Shown one piece after another: positions 11,396-25,345 of a stretch of 64,000 nucleotides of DNA. How positions within the stretch are numbered: the first letter of the stretch is position 1; the number at the start of each line of letters is the position of its first letter. The DNA is taken from NCBI GenBank assembly GCA_964016885.1, contig OZ024747.1, positions 13,764,001 to 13,828,000 of the forward strand. The letters are read 5' to 3'. The notes beneath the pieces are model-generated. The model saw only the letters and a list, made by a program, of their open reading frames with translations. It ran no database searches and was not told the DNA's origin. The DNA comes from Eledone cirrhosa (lineage: Eukaryota). Position numbers and translations under genes: made by a program.

Positions 11396-13639
11396 TATGT
11401 GTATCTACACACTCATACACACATTCTGCTGTCCAACATTAGACTAGACATATGACCATGTCTTGCCCCAAAACAGAATGTATGAGCAAGATTTGGTCAC
11501 TTGTCTAGCCTTGGAATGTGATAATCTGTCTAATACATGCAAATATGGAAAATAGATGTTGGCATCAGGAAGGGTATCCAGCCATAGAAAACCTGCCTTG
11601 GAAAGTCTTGATCCAAACTTGAAATATTTTGCTCCTCAGTCCAGAAATCGAACCCATCACATTATGGTCATAAGCCCGATAACCTAACTACTAGGCTGCA
11701 TACCTTCATTGTCATGAGTAGAACTTGAGTTTTTTGTTAGACAAACTGGAGCACGCAAATTTATGTACCTTGGCCAAAAAGTAAAGGAGTGGCCCAACAT
11801 ATTGTTTGCAGTTAGATTAGAATTCCTTGTTATATAGATACATCAATATAAGTAAGTCCCCATAGAGTGTAAGAATGACTAGGGAGGAGGTAGAAAAGAT
11901 AAAAAAAGCACAGGCATGTCATTCATACACATTCAGATCAATAAACAACAAATCTGTATGATATTAAATTTATGTATATTGATTAATCACATTACATAGT
12001 TTCTGATCAATGCAAGATAATGAAATAGGCATACATATACACATATACATATGAACACACACATATATACACACATGTATGTACACACACGCACATACAT
12101 ACATACATACATTCATACAATGCATACATGCATGCATACATGTATGTATACATACACATACATGAATGTATACATACACATACATGAATGTATACATACA
12201 CACTAGTGAATCAGATATGCACATACCTACATGGATATAGACAAGGCACACGCACACACATATATACACTTGAATAAAGGGTGCATAAGTACACACATAA
12301 ACAGGTAGACACTTGTGCATACAGATAGGGAGACAGCATGAAGACATGGAGAGATGATAGACATACACATGTAGACAGGAAGACAAGAGATGGGGTAGAC
12401 AGATGAAGATAGGATATGACCAAGATGGGTAGATATAGGATACATACACATGCAGATATAGGTAGACACACACAGGTAAATAAATGCAACTAAACAGACA
12501 CAGACAGGCAGCTGGAGTCGTCATCATCATCATCATCAGGAGTAGAGGGAAGTTTGGTGTTCAACTTTTCCCAGCATGCAACATCATCATCATCACCACC
12601 ATAATCTATATGAATGTTTCGACAGGTATGTTATATATGATGCACCTGATTACACAGTGCTACACTGGTTAACAGCAACTGGGGAAATGGTTTCCCTGGC
12701 TTCCACTTACCCCATTACAACTCCACCATTGCCTCCGCCACTATCACCACCACAGATTTTATGTTTGAGTGATTCCCTCCTATTTTAAATGGTCTTCAAG
12801 TAGATCATTACAGAAACAGTGATGGTGATGATGATGATGATGATGGTGGAAAGTGGATGTAAGTTATCAAGAAACATTTATAGGGGAAATCTCTAGGTGG
12901 TGGAGGTGGTTGTAAAAGAGGTGGGTGGTGAGGTGTAGAGGATGTGTGGGGGGGGGGGGGAGAGAAAAGTGCTCTTATTCCAAATTTCATTTTCTGACTT
13001 TGCTATTTTGCTTCTCTTTCTCTCTTTCTCTCTTTCTCTCTTTCTCTGTCTCTCTCTCTCTCTCCCTCTTTCTCTCTCTCTCTCTCTTTCTCTCCCTCCC
13101 TCTCTCTCTCTCTCTCCCTCTCTCTCTCTCTCAACTGGAGGATAGAAACTGAGATAGGTAGCTAAGATGATCATCTATCTTTTAAACTCTTTATACCAAC
13201 CCTACACGCCTCCCCCCCCCCCCCCCCCCCCCCGGCATCTACATTTTATCCTCTCTAGTAATCATCCTACCCCCCCTCCCTTACTAGAAGAGAAGGAGCT
13301 GAGGAACCACCACTATCTCAGTCACCACCGCCACCACAATTCTGTTCTAATCCAAACCATCAGATCAATAGATAGGATACCAGATATCTACCAGCAGCCA
13401 ACCTAACCATTATAGTTTCTCACACAAATACACACACACACACACACACATACATACACAGAGGCACATATGTACATACTTACACACACACACACACACA
13501 TACATACACAGAGGCACATATGTACATACTTACACACACACACACACACACACACATAACATATTCACACAGACGTGCAAAAACATACATGCAGACACAA
13601 TAACTCTTTCACAAGCAAATTGTGAGTATATATGTACAT

Positions 13640-14048
<409 letters not shown>

Positions 14049-14147
14049 CACACACACATTTTTTTTATTTATAAGTTTATATAGAAAAGGCTTCTACAGG
14101 ACTGATTCATTCGTATGAAATCACCAGGAACATGCATATATATATAT

Positions 14148-14543
14148 GTGGATTGGCAGTATCGGTAGAGGGTCGGACGCCATGCTTTCCAGCATAGTTA
14201 CGTCCCTTTACAATCTGAGTTCAAATCCCGCCGAGGTTCACTTTGCCTTTCATCCTTACGGGGCTCGATAAAATAAAGTACCAGTAATGCACTGGGTAAT
14301 TGCTGGCCTTGTGCCTAAAGTAGAAATAATTATTTTATATAATTGACAGGGCGGTGGATTGGCAGTATCGGTAGAGGGTCGGAAGCCATGCTTTGCAGCA
14401 AAGAGTTACGGCCCTTTATGGTCTGAGTTCAAATCCCGCCGAGGTTAACTTTGCCTTTCATCCTTACGGGGTCGGTAAAATAAAGTACCAGTAATACACT
14501 GGGATAATTGCTGGCCTTGTGCCAAAAGTAGAAACAATTATTT
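14148..14543 (+). mobile_element. Tandem dimer of tRNA-derived SINE family B (~190 bp unit)
   Basis: A-box-like TGGCAGTATCGG, B-box GAGTTCAAATCC, core GCCTTTCATCCTTACGGGGTCGATAAAATAAAGTACCAG, tail GCCTTGTGCCTAAAGTAGAAACAATTATT. Two head-to-tail copies; older copies follow at about 15285-15715. Confidence 0.85.
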
Positions 14544-17229
14544 TGTATTAGCTTAATACTTTAGAACAATGGGCAATCCCAGACTGTTTAGTATCAAAAG
14601 GGCTGAAAGAAACTTTCTATTGTATTGACAAGATATTGGGTTGCTTTAGTTTCATTCTGGTAGTGAATTTGACATGTTCTCAGGTGTGCAGTTAATCATA
14701 TGACAGAACAAGCAGAATGGTAAAATTTCCCACACAACTATAGCTAACTTTATACGGTTTGTGGCCCTTGTAATTAATGGGAAAATATTATTTCATCAAT
14801 GCTATACAACTTTTAGCACTATTGGGCAATGCATTCATGCTAAAGTGTGAGTTGAACCATATGACTATATTTTTTTAATTTTGTTCTGTAAGTTTTCTTG
14901 TATATATTTCAATTTCTCTTTGTAAAAAGTATTTTTCCCCAACACATCATTATAATATTGTGCTATATGATAAAATAGGTTTTTTTTTTAAAGGATATAT
15001 TGAATAGACTCCTGATGAGATTGCAGACAAGATTGTGTATAATGTATAGGTGTGTCTTAGAATTTTCCCTAAATATATGGTTGTATATTTTCCAAGGATA
15101 GTACTTATCAGTGGTTAGACTTAATAGGATGACTAAAAAGTAGGTAATACTTAAATTTCTTGTAATTAGACTATCAGATAAAATGCTTTGTATTGTTCCA
15201 GACCTTTGTAGGGTTTATATGATTGACTGCCTTCCACCACCACTCCGTTGCTGGCCTTTTGCCTAAATTAGAAATCAAGGGTAGTGGTTTGACAGAATCA
15301 TTAGTGTCGGATAAAATGTTTTGCAGTATTTATTCCAACTCTTTATGTCCTGAGTCCAAATCCTGCTGAGGTTAGCTTTGCCTTTCATCCTTTCTTGGTT
15401 GATAAAATAAGGTACCAGTAATGCACTGGGTCAATTTAATTCACTTTCTCCTCCCCCACAATTGTTGGCCTTGTGCTTAAATCAGAAACCAGTATTATTA
15501 TGGTTGGCAGTATTGGTAGAGCATTGACATGCTTTGCAGCATAGTTACATCTCTTTATGTTCTGAGTTCAAATCACACTGAGGTTAGCTTTATATTTCCT
15601 CTTTCAAGGTCAATAGAATAAAGTACCCGTAACACACTAGGGTCAATTTAATCGACCTTCAAAAAAGAAAGAAAAGAAAAAATTGTTGACCCTGTGCCTA
15701 AATCAGAAACCATTATTATAGGCTAAATTCCTTAAATGTATTGAAATTTGTCCTGGTAGTAACCATCACATTAAAGATTGCAAGCCCATCTATTTTTAAG
15801 CATATCTTGAATATAAAAACCCATTGTTGGACTTTTTTGTTTGTCTTTTTTAATTCGTTAATCAGTTGATTACTATGTTGTTGTTTTATTGTTAGAGATT
15901 TTTAGCTTTTAATACCTTTTTACACAAAACTGCCTGAAAGCATCCCTAGTTCTATGATACAAAAGATAGACGTTAAACGATGATGGTGATGAAAACTGTT
16001 TATTTTAAAGTGTTTATATTTACCTAAAAATCTTCCACCATAATTTTATGTAAGAACCTTTAAGCTTTGTTTGAAACACCAGCGAAATAATAAAGTTATA
16101 TTACTAAATCCTTCCAAATTCTTGATTATTTGAAAATTTATTTGAAAATTATCGATAGTCTCTTTTATTAAAAATACTAGGGGCTGGTGCCATCAGTAAT
16201 GATAGCAATAGCATTAAATGTATTTAAATTTGGTATGTCATGTATAACAGGATAAGCAGATATATACAAGCATACAGACTGGGAAATTTACCTTTGATAA
16301 ATGTAGCTTATGTTGATTATTGACATGTGAAATTGATTAAAAATAAAATATTTAAATTTATTTCTAGAATATAATTACATCGATGTTCAGCATGTATGCA
16401 ATGACATACAGGATAAAATGTATGAGTAATTCTGGAGAAATAACTATATTCAGGAACAAATGCAGGGCTAGAATTCATGAGTTTCGGGAAAGTGAATTTC
16501 TTATTGTAGCAGCATGAATGTTATAAAAATTGCATTGTCTGTATATATGTGTGTATGTTAATCTGTGTAAATTTTAAAAGAATTACAAACAGATACATTA
16601 CATATATAAATATACAAATACATGTGGTGTATTATTATGGTTGATGATAATGAAAGGGTTAATTTTATGGTGTAGGGGCTGTGCTTGCACACTATATCTA
16701 ATTCATTTTGTTTGGTTTATTAACCTACATTTAGAATCTGCCAAAAATAGACTTATCATTTTCCACACATTCCTGTATCATTCTGTACCAGGTGGATCAG
16801 TCAGCAGTTCTTATATTTTTTGTATCTAGTCAGAAGTTGTTCATAGTGGAAACATATGCATGTATCTCCATATCTTGAACTGTCAGTTGTGTTAAGTTTC
16901 AAACCAGATTTCCTGTAGCTTACTTTCGAGTGACACACTGACATTTCTTTATTTCCAATAATATAAAATCATGGTTTTTTTTTTTGTCAGTTGTCATGAT
17001 CATGGATCTTACCATTTTGCCTGTAGATTTTGACAGTTTCACATTTGGTATAAAAGCTTATAATAGTCATGTATTACATGTTTTAACATGTGAAAATGTT
17101 CTATTTATAAGTTATCATACACAATACCTGGTTGTGCTTTATATAGTTTATCCAAAAGAAGACTGAGGTAGCGCTGGTGTAATGATAAAAAAGCACTGTC
17201 TGCAATATAAACTAACCTTGCTGGTGCTA

Positions 17230-17760
17230 TGGCAAAAAGCACTTTGTCCTCTCATGGAAGCCTGCACGGTGCTCTCTACATGTGAATGGAGTTACACTGA
17301 AACAGGTGGAGAAGTTCAAGTATTTTGGGGCTGTGTTCATGAGTGATGGAAGGCAAGAGGCAGAAGTGAATGCAAGAATTGCAGGAGCTGGTGCAGTAAT
17401 GAGCCAGTATTCCATCACCAGAAGGAAGGTACGTGTAAAAGCCAAACTCGCTATCTTCAATTTGGTATTCATGCCAACCCTTACCTATGATCATGAATCT
17501 TGGGTAATGACCAAAAGAATATGATCACAAATGCAAGTGGCAGAAATGGGGGTTCCTCGAAATGGTCTTTGGTGTAACATTGCTTGATAGAGTGCATAGC
17601 TTGAAGATCAGGAGACCCATTGGTAGACCCTAAGCAAGACGGTTGGATAACATCCATGAGCTCAGTTTGTTCCACCTGGGAATCCAGCCAGATCAATTGG
17701 AAATGGTTGCTTGTGACAGAATTCACTAGGTGTGCTTGAGGTTCTGCCTCCATGGCCCTT
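17230..17760 (+). mobile_element. Degenerate RTE-like LINE fragment (RT C-terminal region)
   Basis: LKQVEKFKYFG...EVNARIAGA...KLAIFNLVFMPTLTY..ESW is the typical post-RT region of RTE-clade LINEs; interrupted by stops. Confidence 0.75.
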
Positions 17761-18987
17761 GAAGGTATAAGAAGATGAAGAAGAATAATCATGTTTCAAT
17801 ATTTGAAAACATTCTATATAGAATCTACAACACAGTATCTAGTTTTGCTTTATATGAGGTTTTGTATTGTGGGAGCTGCAGGCTCCCAGCTCATCTGTGA
17901 GGTTAGTAGCTCCACTTGAGTACTGACCAGTCTGTGACAACACATCTAACTAGCTGAGAAAATAGATATTAAATAGGGATGATAATAATGATGCAGGAGC
18001 AGTTTCAGGTGGGTTGCTATCAAAAGGGACAGTACTTAGACAAATTTAGTATTACCTAATGTGTACTATGCCTAACCATCTGACATACATGTACAATCCA
18101 TTGAACAGACTTCCACAGTATTTGCCTATCCAATTTCCCTGGCAAGGCTTGGACAAACCTAGGCTATGTTAGGAGATACTTTTCTCATGGGATTGAACCC
18201 TAGATCTCATGTTAATGCAGCAATCCTCTTAACCCATTTGATACCAAAATGCCTGAAACTGCCACTGGTTCTACAATACAAAAATATATTTATCTTACAG
18301 AAATAAAGTAGAATCTTTGTTCATAATTCTATATGAGGAAACTTTATGCTTCAAGCACCAACTTAATGAGAAAGTTATATTATGGTTAAATCCCTTCAAA
18401 TTCTCGATTATTTTAAAAATTAATTGAAAATCATCAAGTATTTTTTCAATAGAAATATAGTAATGAAAGGATTAACTCTGTAACTATGCCTGCATATTAC
18501 ACACACAACACACACAGTCATCATCATACATCCATTTTATCCCATGTGTGTGTATATATATATAGAGAGAGGGAGAGTGAGAAAGAGAGATTGATTTATA
18601 TCTGTACATATACACAATTCTGATATAAATACATGCATACAGAGAGATCAATGCTTGTTATATATATATACATATAATACACATACATACACACATACTC
18701 AGGTAACTTGGAATATGTGTGTGTGAGTGCTTACATGCTAGGTACCTCAAATATCATAACCATTCTCTGGAGTGATATTTCAACAAGTTTGTGGAGAGAG
18801 AAAAAAATAGCATCTTCTCTTGACTCTCAATACCTCTTGAATGATTCAATGAGATTTCTTTTTCCATTCTTTTGTGAAATTCTTCGCTGCTGAAGAATTG
18901 TGAATCAGTCAGACTTGGAGCATTTATAGCATCTCAGATTAATCGATTGAACTGCGTGGTAGAACAGAGGTATAAAACAATGAAGTG

Positions 18988-19027
<40 letters not shown>

Positions 19028-19482
19028 GTAATAATAATAAATTTGAAGACTAAAATCCAAAGAGGGCTCGATAAGGATAAATATATATCAAATATATAAG
19101 AACCGTAGAGCAAATATTTATTAAAATGACAGATTAAAGTTTAAGCAAAGAATCGCATTCTTTGATTAAACTTTAATCTGTTATTTTAATAAACAATTAA
19201 TATATATAATTGTTTCTACTTTAGGCACAAGGCCAGCAATTACCCAGTTCATTACTGGTACTTTATTTTATCGACCCCGTAAGGATGAAAGGCAAAGGCA
19301 ACCTCGGCGGGATTTGAACTCACAATTAATATATATAATATATATGTATATGTGTATATGTATATAAAATGTTGTATGTGTGTTTGTATATATTTGTGTT
19401 TGTGTATATAGATGCATGTGGATAGATGTGGTTATATATATATATTAATGGTTGTTTTTGTGTGTATATATATATATACACA

Positions 19483-19718
19483 GGAGACTGAGGTTGGCTG
19501 GACATGCTCACCGACATCCAGAGTTGACATTGCACTCAGTGCTCCTTTGGGAGCCCCTACATGGACACACTAGAAGAGGAAGACCAAGGTTAACATATGT
19601 TGATGCCCTAAGGACAGACACTGGTCTGTTGGAGATGCAGGATATGGCAGCGATAATGAGGGACAGAGACCGCTGGAGAGAACTCGTCCATGGATCTCAG
19701 GAATTTTACCCGCCTTAG
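19483..19718 (+). mobile_element. RTE/RTE-X-like LINE 3' fragment
   Basis: RRLRLAGHAHRHPE...LLWEP.HG..RRGRPRLTYVDAL..DTGL...MRDRDRWR. Confidence 0.8.
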
Positions 19719-22422
19719 AGATATATATATATGTATATGCATGAAAAATAGATATAACATGGCGATATGTTTTTATATAATACACACACAATGGAAGCAG
19801 TATATTAATCATAGCTAATATTATCAAATAGTTATCAAAATTACTGGGACAAAGCTCAGGATATTGTTATATCCTTTGCTAAATGTTACCAGCCAGTTAT
19901 TATTATGCAAGCATTGGAAAATAAATGTGAACTTCTCCACAACTGCAAATCTTTAAGTTTCAATGAGGGTGCCTCTTTATGGTCACTATTTGAGCTGCTA
20001 GAAATAGCAACAAAATCTCCCTCAAAAACCTATCATTTAGATCTATACTCAGTAATTCAGTGACAACATAATGAAAATAAGACTGGTGATGATAATTATA
20101 AAGGTTTCTAATTTAGGTAACTATTAGGTTAGCATCTTTGTTGGGAGAGGAAAGTTGATTAAATCAACCCCAGTACTTAACTAATACTTTGTTTTATCGA
20201 CCATGGAAGCTTGAAAGCCAAAGTTGACCATGGCATGATTTGAAGATAACAAATGCCCCAAAGCAATTTGTCCAGCATTTTAACTGGTCTGTTAATTCAC
20301 CACCTTTTTTTTAAATGTTCTACTTGTTTCTGAGCAGAGATTGAAACCTTAAGTCTTATCTTTTTGAATACATAGATACACCTTTGCCACCAACTGATCA
20401 ACTAATAATAAGAATCAAACTAAAAATAATAATGCTGGGTTGGTGGTGGTACTTGCCTTACATAACATGAAGCCCAAGACTTTTAAATTAGTTAAAATGA
20501 GAAGTCGAGATGTTTGTTTCATTCCTAAGGGTATTATTAGTAATATATGCGTTGTGAATTGGCTCCAATCAGAAACTAGCTACTGTATTATATACTGAGG
20601 CTCATCAGTTATATCTCATACTTAGTTAACTTTACTCTGTGGTGACTAGAAACAGCAACAATAATAATATACTTCTTGATTAAAGAAGAGAATGAAATTA
20701 GTCTTTCAAGCAACATCATCGTTAGGAACATTTTGGTCAGGAGTGTTAAAAAATAAACTAAATTAGAAACATTCATAATATAAATGTCTGTTATTTTTTA
20801 GTACAAGTGAACACATCTACACATACATACACGCACGTGAGTGCACATTTGCATGTACATATACACACATGCACACAGACTATCTTTCAAAAAGGTGTAT
20901 GTAAATGCATCCATTCTGTAAGAACAGCAAATGTTTAAATCTTTTAACAATATAGTGTTTTGATGTCAAAATATTCTACAAATTGAAAGACAGTACCCTA
21001 ACAATACTGATTTTTGTTTTTATGACAAAGCAATATATACTATCATCATCATCATCACCGTTTTACGTCCGTTCTTCCACTATATAAATCAAATTTGCAA
21101 TGGAATGAAAGGATTCAAATGGAATAAACAATACCTTGTCTTCAGCCATCTGTTTTGTATGCTGTTGTTGAATGAGTTTTTAGTTTTTGGTATATTAAGG
21201 ATGGTAACCATAACATCCAGAATATATCACAGCAACTGGGAAAAGTATCCAATTGCCTGTAAAACAAACAATAGGATAGTCACCTTAATATATGTGTACC
21301 TGTAGGGATAAAAGAGGAAGTTAACCATAGGAGGATTAAATAAAGAGATACAATAAACAGACACAGTACACTCTGGCAAGTTTTCTATGGCTGGATGCTT
21401 GGATGCTCTTCCTATCACCAACCACTTGTAGTAAACACTGCAGGATGTGTTGGTTGTTTGACCAAAGATTCTCCCAATTAGGATTCAATTCATGTTTTGT
21501 TTACACCTGTAGGTTGTTGTTGTTTTGTAATATCTAGTCATTATCAAGCAGGGGGGGGGGGACTGGGATGCTTAACATTAAACCCCCAGAGAAGCCTATT
21601 AGATGCAGTTTGTTATGAGACCAGCCAAACCTACATATGTGTAAGCTGTAACAACATTGAACACATATTCACATCTCTTTCCATGCGCAGCGCGTGTATT
21701 TTTCATCTTTCTCTATATATATATGGATGTGACTACAGATACACATATATTTATGTATTGTATATTTAAACACCTTTAATACATTTGCAGTATACATATG
21801 TGAATACACACTTGGAGAAATACTGCAATTTATTATACATGTACATGTCCCTTTTTTCCTGCTTTCCTTCTACTATGTATTGTATTGTATTGAGTGTGTG
21901 GGCATGTGTATGCAGGCATGTATGTGTGCATGCATACATTGTACTGTACTGTATATATGTATCTTACTGGATACTTACAATGATTTCATAGAATTTTTTT
22001 TTTAAATCCTATTTTTATATTGCATTAAAAGAAAAGAAAATGCCAAACCGTTTAAAGCAACAAAACAACAAAACGTCTTGAAAGATAGGCATTATATGAA
22101 TAACTAACAAATTCTTGGACTAAGCAGGTTTCATCATTCCTTCCTTTACTTTTGTGTTTTTTTGCGCTGATTTCTTAAAGAAAGGTAATTTTTTTGTTTT
22201 GGTATGTTTAGCTATAAATGTACTGATCTTTATTAATATAATAGAGTTGTTAGCCAGCAAAAAAACTTTGTTCTATTTTTACTTCTGATTATTTTAGTGT
22301 AATGTGTAATTGCAGTAATATTGATTTCTTACATTAGCTCAAGGCCACAAATTGATATGAAAATGCCTGAAACCATCCCTGTTTTAAGTTGTTTAGAACC
22401 TTTACAGTCCAAACACCAGTTT

Positions 22423-22802
22423 AATAATTGTTTCTACTTTAGGCACAAGGCCAGCAATTACCCAGTACATTACTGGTACTTTATTTTATCGACCCCGCAA
22501 GGAAGAAAGGCAAAGTTAACCTCGGCGGGATTTGAACTCAGACTGTAAAGGGACGTAACTATGCTAGAAAGCATGGCGTCCAACCTTCTACCGATACTGC
22601 CAATTCACCAGTTTAATAATTGTTTCTACTTTAGGCACAAGGCCAGCAATTACCCAGTGCATTACTGGTACTTTATTTTATCGACCCCATAAGGATGAAA
22701 GGCAAAGTCAACCTTGGCGGGATTTGAACTCAGACCGTAAAGGGACGTAACTATGCTGGAAAGCATGGCGTCCGATCTTCTACCGATACTGCCAATTCAC
22801 CG
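22423..22802 (-). mobile_element. SINE family B tandem dimer inserted in a family-A MITE
   Basis: Two reverse-oriented copies of the 14148 SINE. TTAATAAT flanks both sides, and MITE sequence resumes on either side. Confidence 0.85.
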
Positions 22803-23143
22803 TTAATAATGATAGTTAATTTTATTACTAAATCCCTCTGAATTCTCAATTATCAAAATTAGTTGAAAACGGGCAATGTTTTTCATGAGAAATATGGTAA
22901 CAAAAGGGTTAGTAATGCACTGGGTAATTGCTGGCCTTGTGCCTAAAGTAGAAACAATTATTGTTCACCATTAGAATTTGTAATGTAATCATTTACTTCT
23001 GTAAAGATTTTTAAAAATCCTAAATATAAGTAGTAGTTTCTCTTTTAGGAACAAAAGATAATTATTCTTTAGTCTTTTTCTCCTGACAAGACACGAACAG
23101 TAAACTTTCTTGACGAATCTCCCTCCCCCCCTCTCTCTCTCTT

Positions 23144-23174
<31 letters not shown>

Positions 23175-24839
23175 GCCAAGTATTATTTTGTGATATAGTA
23201 AAAATGCAGAACAATTTCTACCACATAATCGGTTTTCATGAAAAAGGAAATAATTAAAATGTCATTAGTAAATTAGTTAAAAACATGAATGTTGGATAAT
23301 GTCATTTTTATCTAATTTACTTTGTCTATTTATTGATGAAGATGGAGTTTCTGGAAACATTCATTATATTGATGTACATATTACTTTTATGTTTCATAGC
23401 TATCTTTTATGTTGCAATTAATGTGTAGTTATGTTATGTAATTATAGAATATCTCTGAAGTCTTAAACCTGTGTATTAAGTCTTATTAAACCTGTATATT
23501 AAGTCTTTTGTTACAATTTTTTTAATGAAAGGCAATTTGAAGAAATTTTGCAATGTAACTTTTTCATTATTAAGCTGGTGTTTAGAACATAACAAAGTTT
23601 CATACATAAAATTATGATGGAAAGTTTTTTTTTTAAGATAATTGTAAATGTTTTGAAATAAACAGCATGATCTCATATAACTTGGTGCAGTTTCAGGCAG
23701 TTTAGTATTAAAAGGATTGTCTTATTACACCTCTATATTAAGTCTTGTTATATGATCATACTCTAAAATTCTTGTTTGGTTATGTAGAAATATTTTCCTC
23801 TTAATTTGGTTTGGATTGGAGGAAGGGTATGAGCTGATGACATTTGCAGACCCTCCTTGACTGATGAGATAAACATGGTTAATATTCATCTTATATTGGT
23901 GATTTACATAATAAATGCACTCAGTATTTTCTGTAAAGTGGTTAATGGCTGAGGAACATCCAGCCATAGACAGTTTTCTAAAGAATTCTTCAACATTGTC
24001 AAATAGTTGACAGCCTCCCTAATATTGGTGATCTGCTTGATAAACACACCCAATATACTCTCTAAAGTGTTTAATAATAGGAAGGGTATCCAGCTGTAGA
24101 AAGCATGCTAAACAAAGGGTCAGAAGAACTCATCAGTTGTGTCAAAGACAATAACCTCTCTAAAATTGGTGATATAGCATTGTAGAAATATCTAAAGTGG
24201 TGGAGAGAGTCACATAGTATTATGACCTGTAACATGATTTGGCATGGGTAAGTGTGAACTGCATTGTAGAAAATGCATGCTTAGTAATTTTCTTAGTGTA
24301 GTCAGTGTAAGAAGTGTCAAAAACTAGGTTAGTTGGTTTGTCAAATTACACATTTAAGTAGGCATGCATGGTCAGTTTAACCTAGTGTACTAAATACCCT
24401 GGTACCAATCCTGGGTATAGGTGTGGTAGGAGGAGAAATTAGTAACATTCCTGCTCTTTTCCAGCAGTATTTGAATACTGACCAAGGAAAGTTGAAAAGT
24501 AAATACTATTTGACAGAAAAGGGTGCACATTGTAGGGTTAACCTATTGTGCTAAATACCCAGGTACCAATCCTAGATATAAGGGTGATAGGAAGAGAAAC
24601 AAATGACTTTCCCTTCCTAGCAGTATTTGAATACTGACCAAGGAAACTTGAAAAGCAAATACTTTATAATAATATTTAATTTGTTACCCTTCACTGCTAT
24701 GTCTTCCATCTCTATACTAACTATTGTATTTTTATTAGTAGCAATTGTTAATATATATTCTCAGTACTATCAATTTCTATACTGGTATAATTACTGTAAT
24801 TATATTCATAGTCTTGTTAATATAGATAGCTATATCTCT

Positions 24840-25345
24840 CAAACTGAAACTGAGTGGTATGATAATAAGGTGGAGGAGTGTCATTGAAATGAAAGGGAAA
24901 GGTGTGGGCTGCATGTGTGAGAATTACAATGATTTTTGTGAGTAATACATGGTTGATGAATGTGGAATCACAGAGGAGGCTGGAAAGAACAAAAGCGAAA
25001 TGTGTATGATGCATATGAGAGAACAGCAATGATTTATAGAAGCAGGATATGGCTTATGAACATAGAGATGGCTGAAACAATAGAAATAAGAATGGTCTGG
25101 TGGATGATCAGAGAAAGGAAGACAATGAATTGCAAAAGTTGCTGGGAATAGACCTAGGGATGAATGTTGTGAAGAGGAATAGAATAAGATGGTTGGGTCA
25201 TGTGTTGAGGGAGGATGAAAGGGACTGAGTGAAAGAAGTGATGGAAATGAATAGAGAAGGACATAAAGGAAAGAGACCAAGAGAGATGAGGGAAACAGAA
25301 ATGAAAGCCAGAAGGTTGGTGAGGACAAAATGGAGAATCTTGCAT
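24840..25345 (+). mobile_element. Highly degenerate RTE-like LINE 3' fragment
   Basis: AGGAATAGAATAAGATGGTTGGGTCATGTGTTGAGG = RNRIRWLGHVLR; multiple stops and frameshifts. Confidence 0.6.

Noticed and set aside
15015-15030. Other CTGATGAG motifs (also about 20600, 23861, 24130, 62130)
   Set aside because: No helix II plus GAAA box downstream, so not hammerheads.
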